Below, in pieces: positions 12,601-18,428 of a DNA stretch of 64,000 bases; position 1 is the stretch's first letter, and the number at the start of each line of letters is the position of its first letter. A program made the position numbers and the translations under genes. Below the pieces are notes generated by a model. It worked only from the letters and a program-made list of their open reading frames with translations. It was not told the DNA's origin and ran no database searches. Source of the DNA: an uncultured Christensenella sp. (GTDB taxonomy: Bacteria; Bacillota; Clostridia; Christensenellales; UBA1242); assembly GCA_964630515.1 (NCBI GenBank), contig CAZVVP010000001.1, forward strand, positions 1,139 through 65,138, in the 5' to 3' direction.

Positions 12601-15600
12601 ACAAACGACTATGTTGTTGACAATTATGCACACTTTAAAGATTACAAATTCCAATATATTAGTGGCGTTAAGGTAGGTGCTGGCATTTCGTATGATAGTG
12701 CTAGTGCTAATAGTGTATTTACTAATGATGATGGTGATGATGAGGGTAGTTTGTTAGATAATTCTATTGTAAAGACTACAGATGATTATCTTGCATTCTT
12801 AAATTCTTATACACAACAAGAAACTGCAAATAAGAAGTTGGTAATGAAATACTCCGACACTGTGATAAATCTAACATTTAGTTTTGACGAAAATGTAAAT
12901 CTTGGAATTACTGATTTGTTTACAATTTCAGATGAAGAACAGGGATATGTTGTAAATTATGATGGTACTTATAAGTATATTCCAGGAAATGTTGTTGATT
13001 CAACAACTAGAATTGGTTGGTTAGATAATGGAAAAACATATTATCAAGCTATTTCATTTGAAGAAACTGAAGGAATGAATAGTGTATATGTAATGTATAT
13101 TAACGAATCTAAAGCTTTGGTTAAATATAAGGTAGCTAGTAAAGAAAAGATTACTATAATCAATGCTTCAGGAGAGGTTCCAAATGTTAGTGCTGGTGTA
13201 TTAGAATCCAATACTACAGTTATCGACTACTCAGACTTAGCTATCTTGACTATTAATGGAGACAAAAACGGAAGCGTAGCTATTGCTGAGCAATACAATG
13301 GTTTAACCATGGGAATAGATGGTATTAAAGATACTGCAACATCAGGAAAATCATTAAATGCAGGACTTCTAGATAAGTATTGGGGAGAAGAGCTAGATGT
13401 GCATAAACTATTATCTAGTTCACTTAATATAGAAATTAAAGTTGTTGCTAGTAAGATGTTAAATGTTAATTTTGAGATTTATTTGCCTAATGGTACATAT
13501 GAGTCTGTTAATAACTTTATGTATGAAGAAAATGAAAGCTTGGAGATTAGTAACGGTATTGATGATATTATAGCTAGAGCTTTTACTAATAGAAATATTT
13601 CTTTCTATGGTACAGATACAAGTAATAACTTAGTACTTCTTAGTTCTTACTATAAATTAGCAAAAGACTATACCGTTAAAAATAATGATTATTATACTAA
13701 TTATGATTCAACAAATGGCTTTGCTAACTTTATTATTGAGTCCGCAACAGATTCGTCAGGTAATGACAAAACAGAAGAAGCTAAAAGTTATTTAAGCAAT
13801 GAAATTTTGAATGCCAAAGGATTGATAGATGCTGGAATTACATCTATTACCCTTACTCTAGATACATACCAAATTAGAGGTGCGGAAGAAACACCATTTA
13901 TAATAGAAAATAATGCTACTTGGGATGTTATTATGGGTAATGTGTCCAAGAATGCATATGTTAAGGACTTGGACGGAAATGATAAAGTTGAAGATGGTTC
14001 TACTACAGATGCTAGATATTACTATGCGCAAACTGAAGATTTGGAATTGACAGATTTGGCAGATTTAAACTATAACTTCTACGGTCATTATTATGGTACT
14101 TCAAGTACAGAATCGGTTGATGATGGAGCTGGCGGAACTAGAGAAAGACTTTATTCTACAATAAACAGGGTAGATTCTGAAGATAGCACAAACATAGACA
14201 CAGCCCCTGTATTTGGCAAAATCAATGCTAATTCTAGTGTCAAAGGGCTAAATATTGTAGGAGATATTAGTGAGACTAGTCTTGGAACTGGTTGGACTGC
14301 TGGTAATTATTGGGGTAACTTGGCGGTAAGTGCATCGCATAATATAGAGATTAGTGATATTGTACTAGGTACTTCTGATGATATAACAACAACTGATGAT
14401 GAAAGGGATAGTATTACTAGTAGCTATTCGCGTACTGGAGCATTGTTAGGTACTATAGCTTCAAGTGAAGATATAGATAATAGAACATTTACAATTAATA
14501 ATATTGTTAATAACTACAATATAAATAGTACAAATAAAATGGTTACTAATGTTGGATTCATTGATATTTCTAATTATGGCAGAAAGGCAACAATGGAAAT
14601 AGATAATGTTGTCAATAATGGAGATTTTAATGGTCTACTAGTTGCAGGAACTGTTATAGTAATGAAGTTCAACTGTACAGTATTTGAGGAAGATACAACA
14701 ACAATTAAATATAGTTATAATGAGAATAGTAGCTTAGTTATATCTAATTCGGAAAATAACGGAGAGCTGATTTCAGATGATGGTAGTGGTTCAAATGGTC
14801 GTGTTGCTGGTATTGCCTATATTGAGAGTTCATTTAATGTTGTATTAGATAAATGTACAAACAGTGGGAAAATAACAAATAACAACAATTCATTATCCCA
14901 AACCGAAGATGATGATGGTAATGTTAGTTATACATTATCTTCTTATACTGCAGGAATAGTAGTTTCTAATGCAAATATCTTAACAATTAATAATTGTATT
15001 AACAAAGGACAAATTGAACATTCTCTTGTTTGTTCAGGAATCTGTGTTCTTACTAAAGGTAAAAACGACACCGCAAAGATAACAATAAATAGCTGTACAA
15101 ATGAAGGAAAACTTATAGGTAGTGGCTATGTAACAGGAATTGTATTTAATGCAAAATTTACAGAAGATTTAGAATTAGAGATAAAGAATTGTGAAAATAC
15201 TGAAACATTAGAGACAAATGACAACTTTGATCATGAAGACGGAAAGAATTTTTCTCATATTGCTGGTATATATTACGCACTAAACACTGTATTTAGTAAC
15301 AATGTGAAGTTATGTAATAACACTAATAGCGGAACGTTAAAAAATGATAGCATATATAATTCTTTTATTTATGGTATATCAAAATCAAATCACGATATTA
15401 TTATAGAAGGCTGTAATAACGAAGGTGTTTTGGTAAACGATGGTGCAAGACAATCTGAAATATATGGCATAGCTTGTGCTAAAGGCAATGCTACATTAAC
15501 CAATTGTACTAATAGTGGAACATTTACTCATGGTAAAAGTAGTAATGTATTGGATACAGCATCTGAAATGTATGGTGTAGCATATGTAGGCGGAAAAGGT

Positions 15601-18000
15601 ACTATACAAGGTTGTAGCAATAGTGGAGAGTTTAATCACTATTCTACTGGTTACACTATAATGTGTGGTGTTGCTTACATTGAGGGTGAAGGAAATCTAT
15701 CTAGTTATACCTATACTGAGAACGGATATGATACTACAGTTAATTGTACTAATAGTGGTGCATTTAATAATTACTCAAACAATGCGCTTATTGCTGGTGT
15801 TGCAATAATTGACAACAATGGTACATTAAGTAATTGTTACAATACACAAACAGGCGAGTTTAATAATTATAGTTCAAGTAGTACTGAAGCGGCTAGTGAC
15901 AATTTAGTAGTTGCTGTAGGTGTGGCTTATCTTACAGGCCAAGCAACATTAACCAATTGTACTAATAGTGGTGCATTTAATAACAACATAAATTGTAAAG
16001 CCGAAATGTATGGTGTAGCATTGGTTGAAAATAATGTTGCGACCTTAACCAATTGTTCTAATAGTGGAGCATTTAATCATGGAACAAGTAGTAATACACT
16101 AAGTACAGAATCCAAAATGTATGGTGTAGCGTATGTTTTTGGAGATGGTACTTTGACAGGTTGTGTAAATAATGGAGAGTTTAATCATTATTCTACTGGA
16201 GCTACTACAATGTGTGGAATTGCTTACATTAGTCGAGATGGAGATGTTTCATCTTATGTGGATTGGACGAATATTAGTAATAACGTTTATTGTATAAATA
16301 CTGGTTTATTTAATAACTATACAGGTGCAGGTAAGTCTACGATGTATGGTATTGCATATATTGGCGGTGTTGGTGAATTAACTTACTGCGATAATAGAGG
16401 AGCATTTAATCATGGAACAAGAGGTACTACATCAAGTGCAGAATCCGAAATGTATGGTGTAGCGTATGTAGGTGGCGTTGCGGATCTAAACTACTGCGAC
16501 AACGAGGCAGATAAGTTTAATCACTATTCCACTGGAGCTACGACTATGTACGGCGTTGCTTGTTTAAGTAACACTAATTCTGTAAGTAAAGTAAATGGTT
16601 GTTCGAATAAGGCTACATTTAATACAGGCGATGGAACTTCTAATAAAACAATTTATGGCGTAGCGTATATTGGTCAAGCTAGTGCTCTATTCAATTGTGG
16701 CAATTATGGTGCTGTTAGTGATGGAAATACCACAGATTACTCTAATTTGACATACTATCCTGTGGCGTATATTGGTACAGCTGTAGGAGATGAAACTACC
16801 AACACGTTTACCTTGAGTAGCATATCAAATGGAAAAGTAGATACTACTAGTAACAGTATAGTAGCTGCTAGCTTCCCTAAGGATTATCAATTAACTGAGA
16901 GAAGGGATATTGTAACAATTGGTACTTATGATAGTTCTATTAGTACAATTTATGTATCAAGCTGTGAAAATTACATAGATTATACTTATGCTAAGAGTGT
17001 AACAGCTGCTGTGGCTGGTGTTATTACTATACCAAATATATCTGGTCTTGAGAATGTGAGTGTTTCTGGTTGCATAAACTATGGTAATATTACTGCTAAT
17101 TATGCTAGTGCTGTTGTAGGTGTTGTTAGATGTGAGGCTGATGTTAAGACAAAAATAACTAGCTGTAATAATGGTACAAATATTACTTATACAAAGAATG
17201 GCGTTGAGGTAACTAATATTAGTTTGACAACTACAATAGGTAATATATTTGGTGTAGCACAAGTGATGCAAGCAGACTCAGTTAAATGTTGTGTTAATTT
17301 TGCAAATTTAATTTGTAATGACACTGATAATTCTGGTACTTACACATATACAGACGAAGAAAATCAACATGTAATAGTAGGTGTTGTATATGCTGCTGGC
17401 AATATTGGAGAAATTAGTTTCTGTGCTAATGGAGCAGGTAGTGGATCTAAGATAAGTAGTACTAGTAAGAACAATATTATTGCTGGTGTTGCTTATGCTG
17501 AGAATATTGACAAATGTACAAGATATGACAGTACAACAACAACAAACTATGGAGCTATAAACTATATGAATATAGAAGTTGCTAGCGGTGAGGGATTGTC
17601 TAGTACTACTAACAATGGCAAACAATATATAGATGGTTCTATAATAGCTGGTTGTATTATACTTAGAAATGCGATTGTTGACACTACTACGTGGTATCAA
17701 GTTAAAAACAGTGGACAAATCGGAACTGATACTGGGTATGGCGTTATTAATTCTGGCTGTATCATTGTAATGCATGCGTATACAGATACAGCTAAGACTA
17801 GTGAGGCTACTAGTGAGCAAGTTGAAGGTAAGTATGCTGTAGGTATAGGTGAAAAAGTCGGAGATTATACTACAGATACAGGAATAATTAATGAAGGTGA
17901 GATTGCTCCAACATCAAATGATGCTATATATAAAGATCAGGAACTTCTATACTTCTTAGATTATTCGATTAATTATGAAGTTGTTGAAGAGGCTGAATAA
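661..18000 (+). CDS. giant (5,779 aa) membrane-anchored surface protein, adhesin-like
   Basis: Single uninterrupted ORF with SD-like aagga 9 nt before the ATG. The N-terminus has RRTRR followed by the TM helix AILIWSMIFVIATLSAVFIILGL (signal-anchor). About 4,400 aa of ~100-aa modules follow, many opening with an N-x-Y-x-(V/I/L) strand (INTYEAQIL, LNSYAITVG, INTYKLTFV, LNRYTVTMP...). Scattered Listeria-Bacteroides-repeat-like G(H/Y)xFxG(W/Y) motifs occur (KTGHEFVGWQLNG, RRGYKFTGYKF, KYGLKFVGYILQNG). The C-terminal ~1,380 aa are tandem Cys-containing repeats. There is no LPXTG or C-terminal TM. Confidence 0.93.
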   Translation: MEYESTQAKKLVKMLETSEAQEKAYWLRRTRRAILIWSMIFVIATLSAVFIILGLNERNKYVNFDLHFVKYSDDASEEPQIEHEERKASIYDTIKNIELPNDIEGYNFNGKYFNSSNFEVLVNPESNIASSLTYEKAIYMQYELGHYRLSILTSQKDNDIFTSGDGVIGYNKTMYVVPSSPIATDNNAIDRFLDDRKDYIANNNVDYIGNNLYNLYALKFSEVNESNNSITDIDGKLNNHIFGFHMSYKGQNVQYYFYEVVVKNQANNAIFETYLVEKYINGELSARNFSNNYAVLLTDEGEPKVETATSGDKYYFTDGTILDDNSQDNANVFKMPGHDVTVYIDWMVDDRYVIVMDTVDEYTWNRIYSDYIVQNNNSDTYQNIKESFGLDYNTPGYLENAKTDGVDDDWDHLKDNLSEYYKENDGVWDRTAVKKISADDANANIKTYLDTYFKKGYNIATINSGHAFPYYKFGYETKKETWQIYTYDKDLGKYSWVNVDNTTNLNAYAQDVCIVIRATWNPYEYYLEFKDSGNAVGTLSNFPGYGSSGDFGRKLTMDLVNNLESNTTKRVRRLISGSDKDFLYLTKTGHEFVGWQLNGKLSFNTSVGENGKGYFDIDTTSDNRIHVIVESPTFKYKINSLDEPLEVEATKFLNYNYNDNIDNQNRKLWKYDTNYKGKSYTFYYFGTKTELESGVNSKMEIPVGYYATDGAKTTLELNPIWSVISYEITVDFNIDSANELELGEAAGGKTIYGFGNIYGLDESFDYNPNTEGNQQYDEIVTDNNGYETGFKIIYDVNTAFYLPGYEQLYRRGYKFTGYKFYKVENGNKVELTGNDYVFTIGESSSDKNIYEKVLINAPSIAVESNTTKINNLFDEIIVEAQWEAEVYKVGYNTTATADQSTKVKSITTQINYNMTLQTPNSNITHYVWDEDVEINNSGKFVKNTYTYIFPKDRTTNASAVIYVKLKDMFSNSTFRLILNLDGKSYEYSKEDLLEYIGSNSIKFEDNYSGIKITKAEIKITKEEIGGETYYKFTFVDLACDVKFNIDQIDYDLVANTLTDSIVGDNVDSVSIISTYKDLKGIYTSNQTAKDKVNFVIVRDPFSLVKYNIYDMLNIKKEWKDAGIDLKGGDLDSGVSINTVYGTISMKVGETTKIPQLFNIGAYFAKVGTLDMSSSAVLTLDDIVKGDPCFDTYGNVIDSPLKNAKIQTSVGHELMTQELKSRISHGIFTNSVYINGIKGVVVPNTISTVTTNGLTFYENSSPVAYYTIKNMNYQMQLTFEGDYKDYFSTWKTKVASGYVLKDSTAQTFKTNNSSEYITTDKVEVSFELNNIVLDTIEVKMYTRLSPGVENPQVGTPAVGYNVLNYGDKGEGDILTALISADNTVYSASNLTKDKDIYTGTYTAHSTFVFEPIFTEEYSQYNDKTIEEQKNLILYGQYTAPEGTKVTLDNGLFANLNFDEDGGNAKLLEYDNTLYIQVYVTKLSNDNQTGTKDVYVIKADDIINSYGLTFGYWVTENGQTNENKLSTSFGAITINGTDITDTEKNITYTSTTLSADSKNPSKLLYGYNYIFKVTLNDDYSNSKPTLRIEFNNSENTTLNFDTNTTTTTLDSTTNILFEYISDIEYQITLTNVQHDLTLTIENVYRNLNTFKILGYTSASAEELSDITTNFLLQKDEGLVPINQDDVYDYTYMYKATVDRLIKYSSGTFTYYEQGSEIENIEASKLFTEFVTEEGYIIEEAGGVEQFIIDNYTELRKLTDDKIFKTSIAILVQYNYGMYIQNYTYITNANKGTEFKIYTEENRDAFANNGAITLAGATKTDSLELVDYSLDSAIKLTQSTYEFKTINIDLNLKITVKPKVFTKNELIMPEDSDSIQQFNITTVYNNMAVVIMNNNFEEFSDDDYITNGALNENISYQSYAFIRIKLKDAYNQHLSWTIKNDKGEQLGYVEFVNGVEDEGKREGVRAYYYDEYNKYHYYAVLLTSTGTSDLGITIEINNPINTYEAQILEGKNSVGTYSKGEGSEVENILSHTTDSYIATTSSGKKNESNLYVVEYGQDLSYNVTIRPGYEKFKLDITSSGSGYVDQFVYDGGNWSHTGSSSSNINGQENPKINISSLTSSTSDTGETIYIFTITINDITADTQIELHTFERKGLSVNATNISQTTIKSQAIATEDEINDNLNEKPADTNFSTTTTDLYYGDSIKLTLTVNAGYEKSGFKILVNGCAFEFDAKKYVDSERNFNGTYDAITNSTMLTYGFSSISVAETMTTDSTTYEPTITVTITIYRVIADITVEVSEMTKNSYTVSGTDTNGVWELTEGTKPVQETTPVQEGKEAQFKITVPAAYNIDEIERITLKLNRYAQDSNNEEATIVVTDTPIKLNFKGMSYTCVRYSAPNEDGYFIITINALLADIEVKQINISLNSYAITVGYNESKDYLDNVVYQTYYSASNTNTGWKNLVDINGLKTTGSGYEFKVEHGYHSLIYFELTGGSYFDLNLLTDEKINKVEIKNTEKYGTDYSQWLIDNFDSLTDMGVKSSMLNFVYNGSHQDKLHGENGVNNDNVTYYFVLIFYSVDADTKKEINLDTYLGQSKYSFKSNEYKDGETTVVAEVENSDITYDTIESGTSITILVNEAYTASSINATFTITEPTTGVSDDGTELSIIGGKKEVKFESNVVLSISYDSTSGVITITWYAGQYYDIEVTFDNFKINTYKLTFVNNTDYQDENNNVNYGVNLVFDDSDCGLSNNVYTFKAYYTDINNTKYLGTDVYIVTITTNKGLVDIKGAKITDWTTFKAKFSDGLYYTYDDIKVEIKSVADDVVINWSSNANKVTYLTTDLTFGSKDNTLTIDKKNISNKDVEIKITTQVRNYSIEINDTGDSSNEFETGGVSQSVQTSPGLNPIVQKDYAYNTIILKYVVQAEYLDGIKDTITLDGEDYIYIKDHIIITGPSASNIYFVLKNSAYVSGESEYTFTAVIVNGSTIKSNVIIFDGDYTFSETGGVDVQPYEYTLNYFDSTNSSNTLNGYTQSYVNESITYDTNEENIILSTEIKVSDITVGNIVVTISGSYISSESSISKDGTNWFGSNIYIPYGSTVVVAIVINETIAGDSFKSSTEFDDGVLSTTSATDGNITYDDADKKYTYTYTAVDNIIANQTSQETTLKLMLNRYTVTMPANYLSIASIEKGGAFISDVETDVTGTNASGQSFVIEYNTEIVLQYTNTSNMDYANITGDFKPYNNETLAGDLVIVNGELNNYYYNGVEIGSAFKDEDKDSHYTYTLIAGQDENVQNVTSYSFGVNYDTMRYIVSFTGIDNFENFDEYVENNFEGIESIDLYLSLADGTNKKVNYFSSSLTRNLIGPADCDYTENFDLIENILSGLLCEKYIYFCVSDADDSYPYYTNDYELGFILKVTLKDGYESFTVIATNGEKTNTRYGSLDDNGVNLQTIYLYRENGLIVDPHLNFDIKAGDINNYSVTLTSENLKFSGNNKSITYNQNHGANGTFSFKFDTNYSNAEYFYIQNTYPSTEIYTFIINGNNIKDGSGNDINNTVLTFGGVGITIVSATYDGTVTIKWMISDNISNTLKVYTDDINGYNLQINLGDNEDNRVTGVKSYIEAEAEKQDWALSSTEQEIAVTATATLEFTLQTHYTQTEKFRFVLKNASGNEERGEDNPFEIEVGTSGSIDTWVKYSCTRDGDTITITFSDITTKFSMEMLTLAVNWYDIKYDSSNKTYIAGWSAVSTATEHSDYVTKVSEDLYRGLGTNCAKITIKVADEYSQLNNAILTFGYGSNTITYKYEYYNNTLQWRTESTDGNLLSFSYNTNDQEITFIWRILDDLTVCLSSADENTYKFVINYITYDSSSSSWTTATTTNEVNIGHTELIYDALKREYSSVDTDKEFMAKYGLKFVGYILQNGTYGTNCFVGENAYIKDSYAKGITYTDDTTGVEVSDLTLYACYERGDFDIAVQTTTGTTYDKTISFGQDIAFNSTNDYVVDNYAHFKDYKFQYISGVKVGAGISYDSASANSVFTNDDGDDEGSLLDNSIVKTTDDYLAFLNSYTQQETANKKLVMKYSDTVINLTFSFDENVNLGITDLFTISDEEQGYVVNYDGTYKYIPGNVVDSTTRIGWLDNGKTYYQAISFEETEGMNSVYVMYINESKALVKYKVASKEKITIINASGEVPNVSAGVLESNTTVIDYSDLAILTINGDKNGSVAIAEQYNGLTMGIDGIKDTATSGKSLNAGLLDKYWGEELDVHKLLSSSLNIEIKVVASKMLNVNFEIYLPNGTYESVNNFMYEENESLEISNGIDDIIARAFTNRNISFYGTDTSNNLVLLSSYYKLAKDYTVKNNDYYTNYDSTNGFANFIIESATDSSGNDKTEEAKSYLSNEILNAKGLIDAGITSITLTLDTYQIRGAEETPFIIENNATWDVIMGNVSKNAYVKDLDGNDKVEDGSTTDARYYYAQTEDLELTDLADLNYNFYGHYYGTSSTESVDDGAGGTRERLYSTINRVDSEDSTNIDTAPVFGKINANSSVKGLNIVGDISETSLGTGWTAGNYWGNLAVSASHNIEISDIVLGTSDDITTTDDERDSITSSYSRTGALLGTIASSEDIDNRTFTINNIVNNYNINSTNKMVTNVGFIDISNYGRKATMEIDNVVNNGDFNGLLVAGTVIVMKFNCTVFEEDTTTIKYSYNENSSLVISNSENNGELISDDGSGSNGRVAGIAYIESSFNVVLDKCTNSGKITNNNNSLSQTEDDDGNVSYTLSSYTAGIVVSNANILTINNCINKGQIEHSLVCSGICVLTKGKNDTAKITINSCTNEGKLIGSGYVTGIVFNAKFTEDLELEIKNCENTETLETNDNFDHEDGKNFSHIAGIYYALNTVFSNNVKLCNNTNSGTLKNDSIYNSFIYGISKSNHDIIIEGCNNEGVLVNDGARQSEIYGIACAKGNATLTNCTNSGTFTHGKSSNVLDTASEMYGVAYVGGKGTIQGCSNSGEFNHYSTGYTIMCGVAYIEGEGNLSSYTYTENGYDTTVNCTNSGAFNNYSNNALIAGVAIIDNNGTLSNCYNTQTGEFNNYSSSSTEAASDNLVVAVGVAYLTGQATLTNCTNSGAFNNNINCKAEMYGVALVENNVATLTNCSNSGAFNHGTSSNTLSTESKMYGVAYVFGDGTLTGCVNNGEFNHYSTGATTMCGIAYISRDGDVSSYVDWTNISNNVYCINTGLFNNYTGAGKSTMYGIAYIGGVGELTYCDNRGAFNHGTRGTTSSAESEMYGVAYVGGVADLNYCDNEADKFNHYSTGATTMYGVACLSNTNSVSKVNGCSNKATFNTGDGTSNKTIYGVAYIGQASALFNCGNYGAVSDGNTTDYSNLTYYPVAYIGTAVGDETTNTFTLSSISNGKVDTTSNSIVAASFPKDYQLTERRDIVTIGTYDSSISTIYVSSCENYIDYTYAKSVTAAVAGVITIPNISGLENVSVSGCINYGNITANYASAVVGVVRCEADVKTKITSCNNGTNITYTKNGVEVTNISLTTTIGNIFGVAQVMQADSVKCCVNFANLICNDTDNSGTYTYTDEENQHVIVGVVYAAGNIGEISFCANGAGSGSKISSTSKNNIIAGVAYAENIDKCTRYDSTTTTNYGAINYMNIEVASGEGLSSTTNNGKQYIDGSIIAGCIILRNAIVDTTTWYQVKNSGQIGTDTGYGVINSGCIIVMHAYTDTAKTSEATSEQVEGKYAVGIGEKVGDYTTDTGIINEGEIAPTSNDAIYKDQELLYFLDYSINYEVVEEAE
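13870..18000 (+). repeat. protein-level tandem degenerate 30-40 aa repeats (predicted parallel beta-helix) forming the C-terminus of giant protein 1
   Basis: An entry segment (EETPFIIENNATWDVIMG...YYYAQTEDLELTDLADLNYNFYGHYYG) is followed by at least ~23 units counted by eye. The unit pattern is (L/I)xNCxNxGxFxx...(M/I)YG(V/I)AY(V/I)xG, for example TNCTNSGTFTHG...EMYGVAYVGG, QGCSNSGEFNHY...MCGVAYIEG and TYCDNRGAFNHG...EMYGVAYVGG. Confidence 0.75.
15480..16700 (+). repeat. DNA-level diverged direct repeats (about 190-nt super-units) inside giant gene 1
   Basis: Units start near 15495, 16045 and 16385. They share long identical runs such as ttaaccaattgt(a/t)ctaatagtgg, gcatttaatcatggaacaag, gaaatgtatggtgtagc(a/g)tatgt and gagtttaatca(c/t)tattc(t/c)actgg. 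Confidence 0.7.
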
Positions 18001-18064
18001 TTATATAGTGGATTAAATTAGAGAGATTATTTCTTTAACAATTTTAAAAAAAACTAATTAAAAA

Positions 18065-18106
18065 AAGAAAACAAAGTTAATGTGCAGGCTTTGTTTTCTT
18101 TTTTTT
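18065..18106 (+). terminator. rho-independent terminator after giant gene 1
   Basis: aagaaaacaaag (18065-18076) pairs with ctttgttttctt (18089-18100), running into a T-run up to 18106. Confidence 0.7.
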
Positions 18107-18210
18107 GGGGATTAAAGGGAAAATATTAAATATTTAAAAGGTGGGGGAAAATTTAAAAAATGTAAATTAGTTGGTGAAAATAGTGATTATTTAATTGTGT
18201 AATTATTTAT

Positions 18211-18239
18211 TTGTTTATGTAGGGGAAATTTGTTAAAAT
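18211..18239 (+). promoter_or_regulatory. candidate sigma-A promoter for the ABC transporter leader
   Basis: TTGTTT (18211-18216), 17-nt spacer, TAAAAT (18234-18239) with an upstream TG (TGtTAAAAT, extended -10). Confidence 0.45.
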
Positions 18240-18251
18240 ATATGTATATAT

Positions 18252-18365
18252 GGGAAGAGGCGTTACAAAGTCTTTTGGACAAGGCTTTGTATCAAGTGCA
18301 AAAATTTTTTGCACTGGAGGGGAAAACCGCTTTTTTGTCAAAAAAAGGTTTTTACGCCTCTTCCC
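18252..18365 (+). promoter_or_regulatory. 114-nt multi-stem structured leader or ncRNA candidate upstream of the ABC transporter gene
   Basis: A perfect 12-bp G/C-rich closing stem, gggaagaggcgt (18252-18263) with acgcctcttccc (18354-18365), encloses three hairpins. These are acaaagtctt/aaggctttgt (18265-18290), gtgcaaaaa/tttttgcac (18296-18314) and aaaacc..tttttt/aaaaaaa..ggtttt (18323-18352). Confidence 0.4.
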
Positions 18366-18428
18366 TTATCTTGCTTGAGTTATATCGTTTACTTAAATTG
18401 GACATATTTATATAAAGGTTAAAAAAAT

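Noticed and set aside
18230-18415. 61-aa ORF upstream of the ABC transporter gene.
   Set aside because: It has a TTG start without an SD and sits exactly over the 12-bp-stem structured element and its promoter. The product has no features. It is more likely non-coding.
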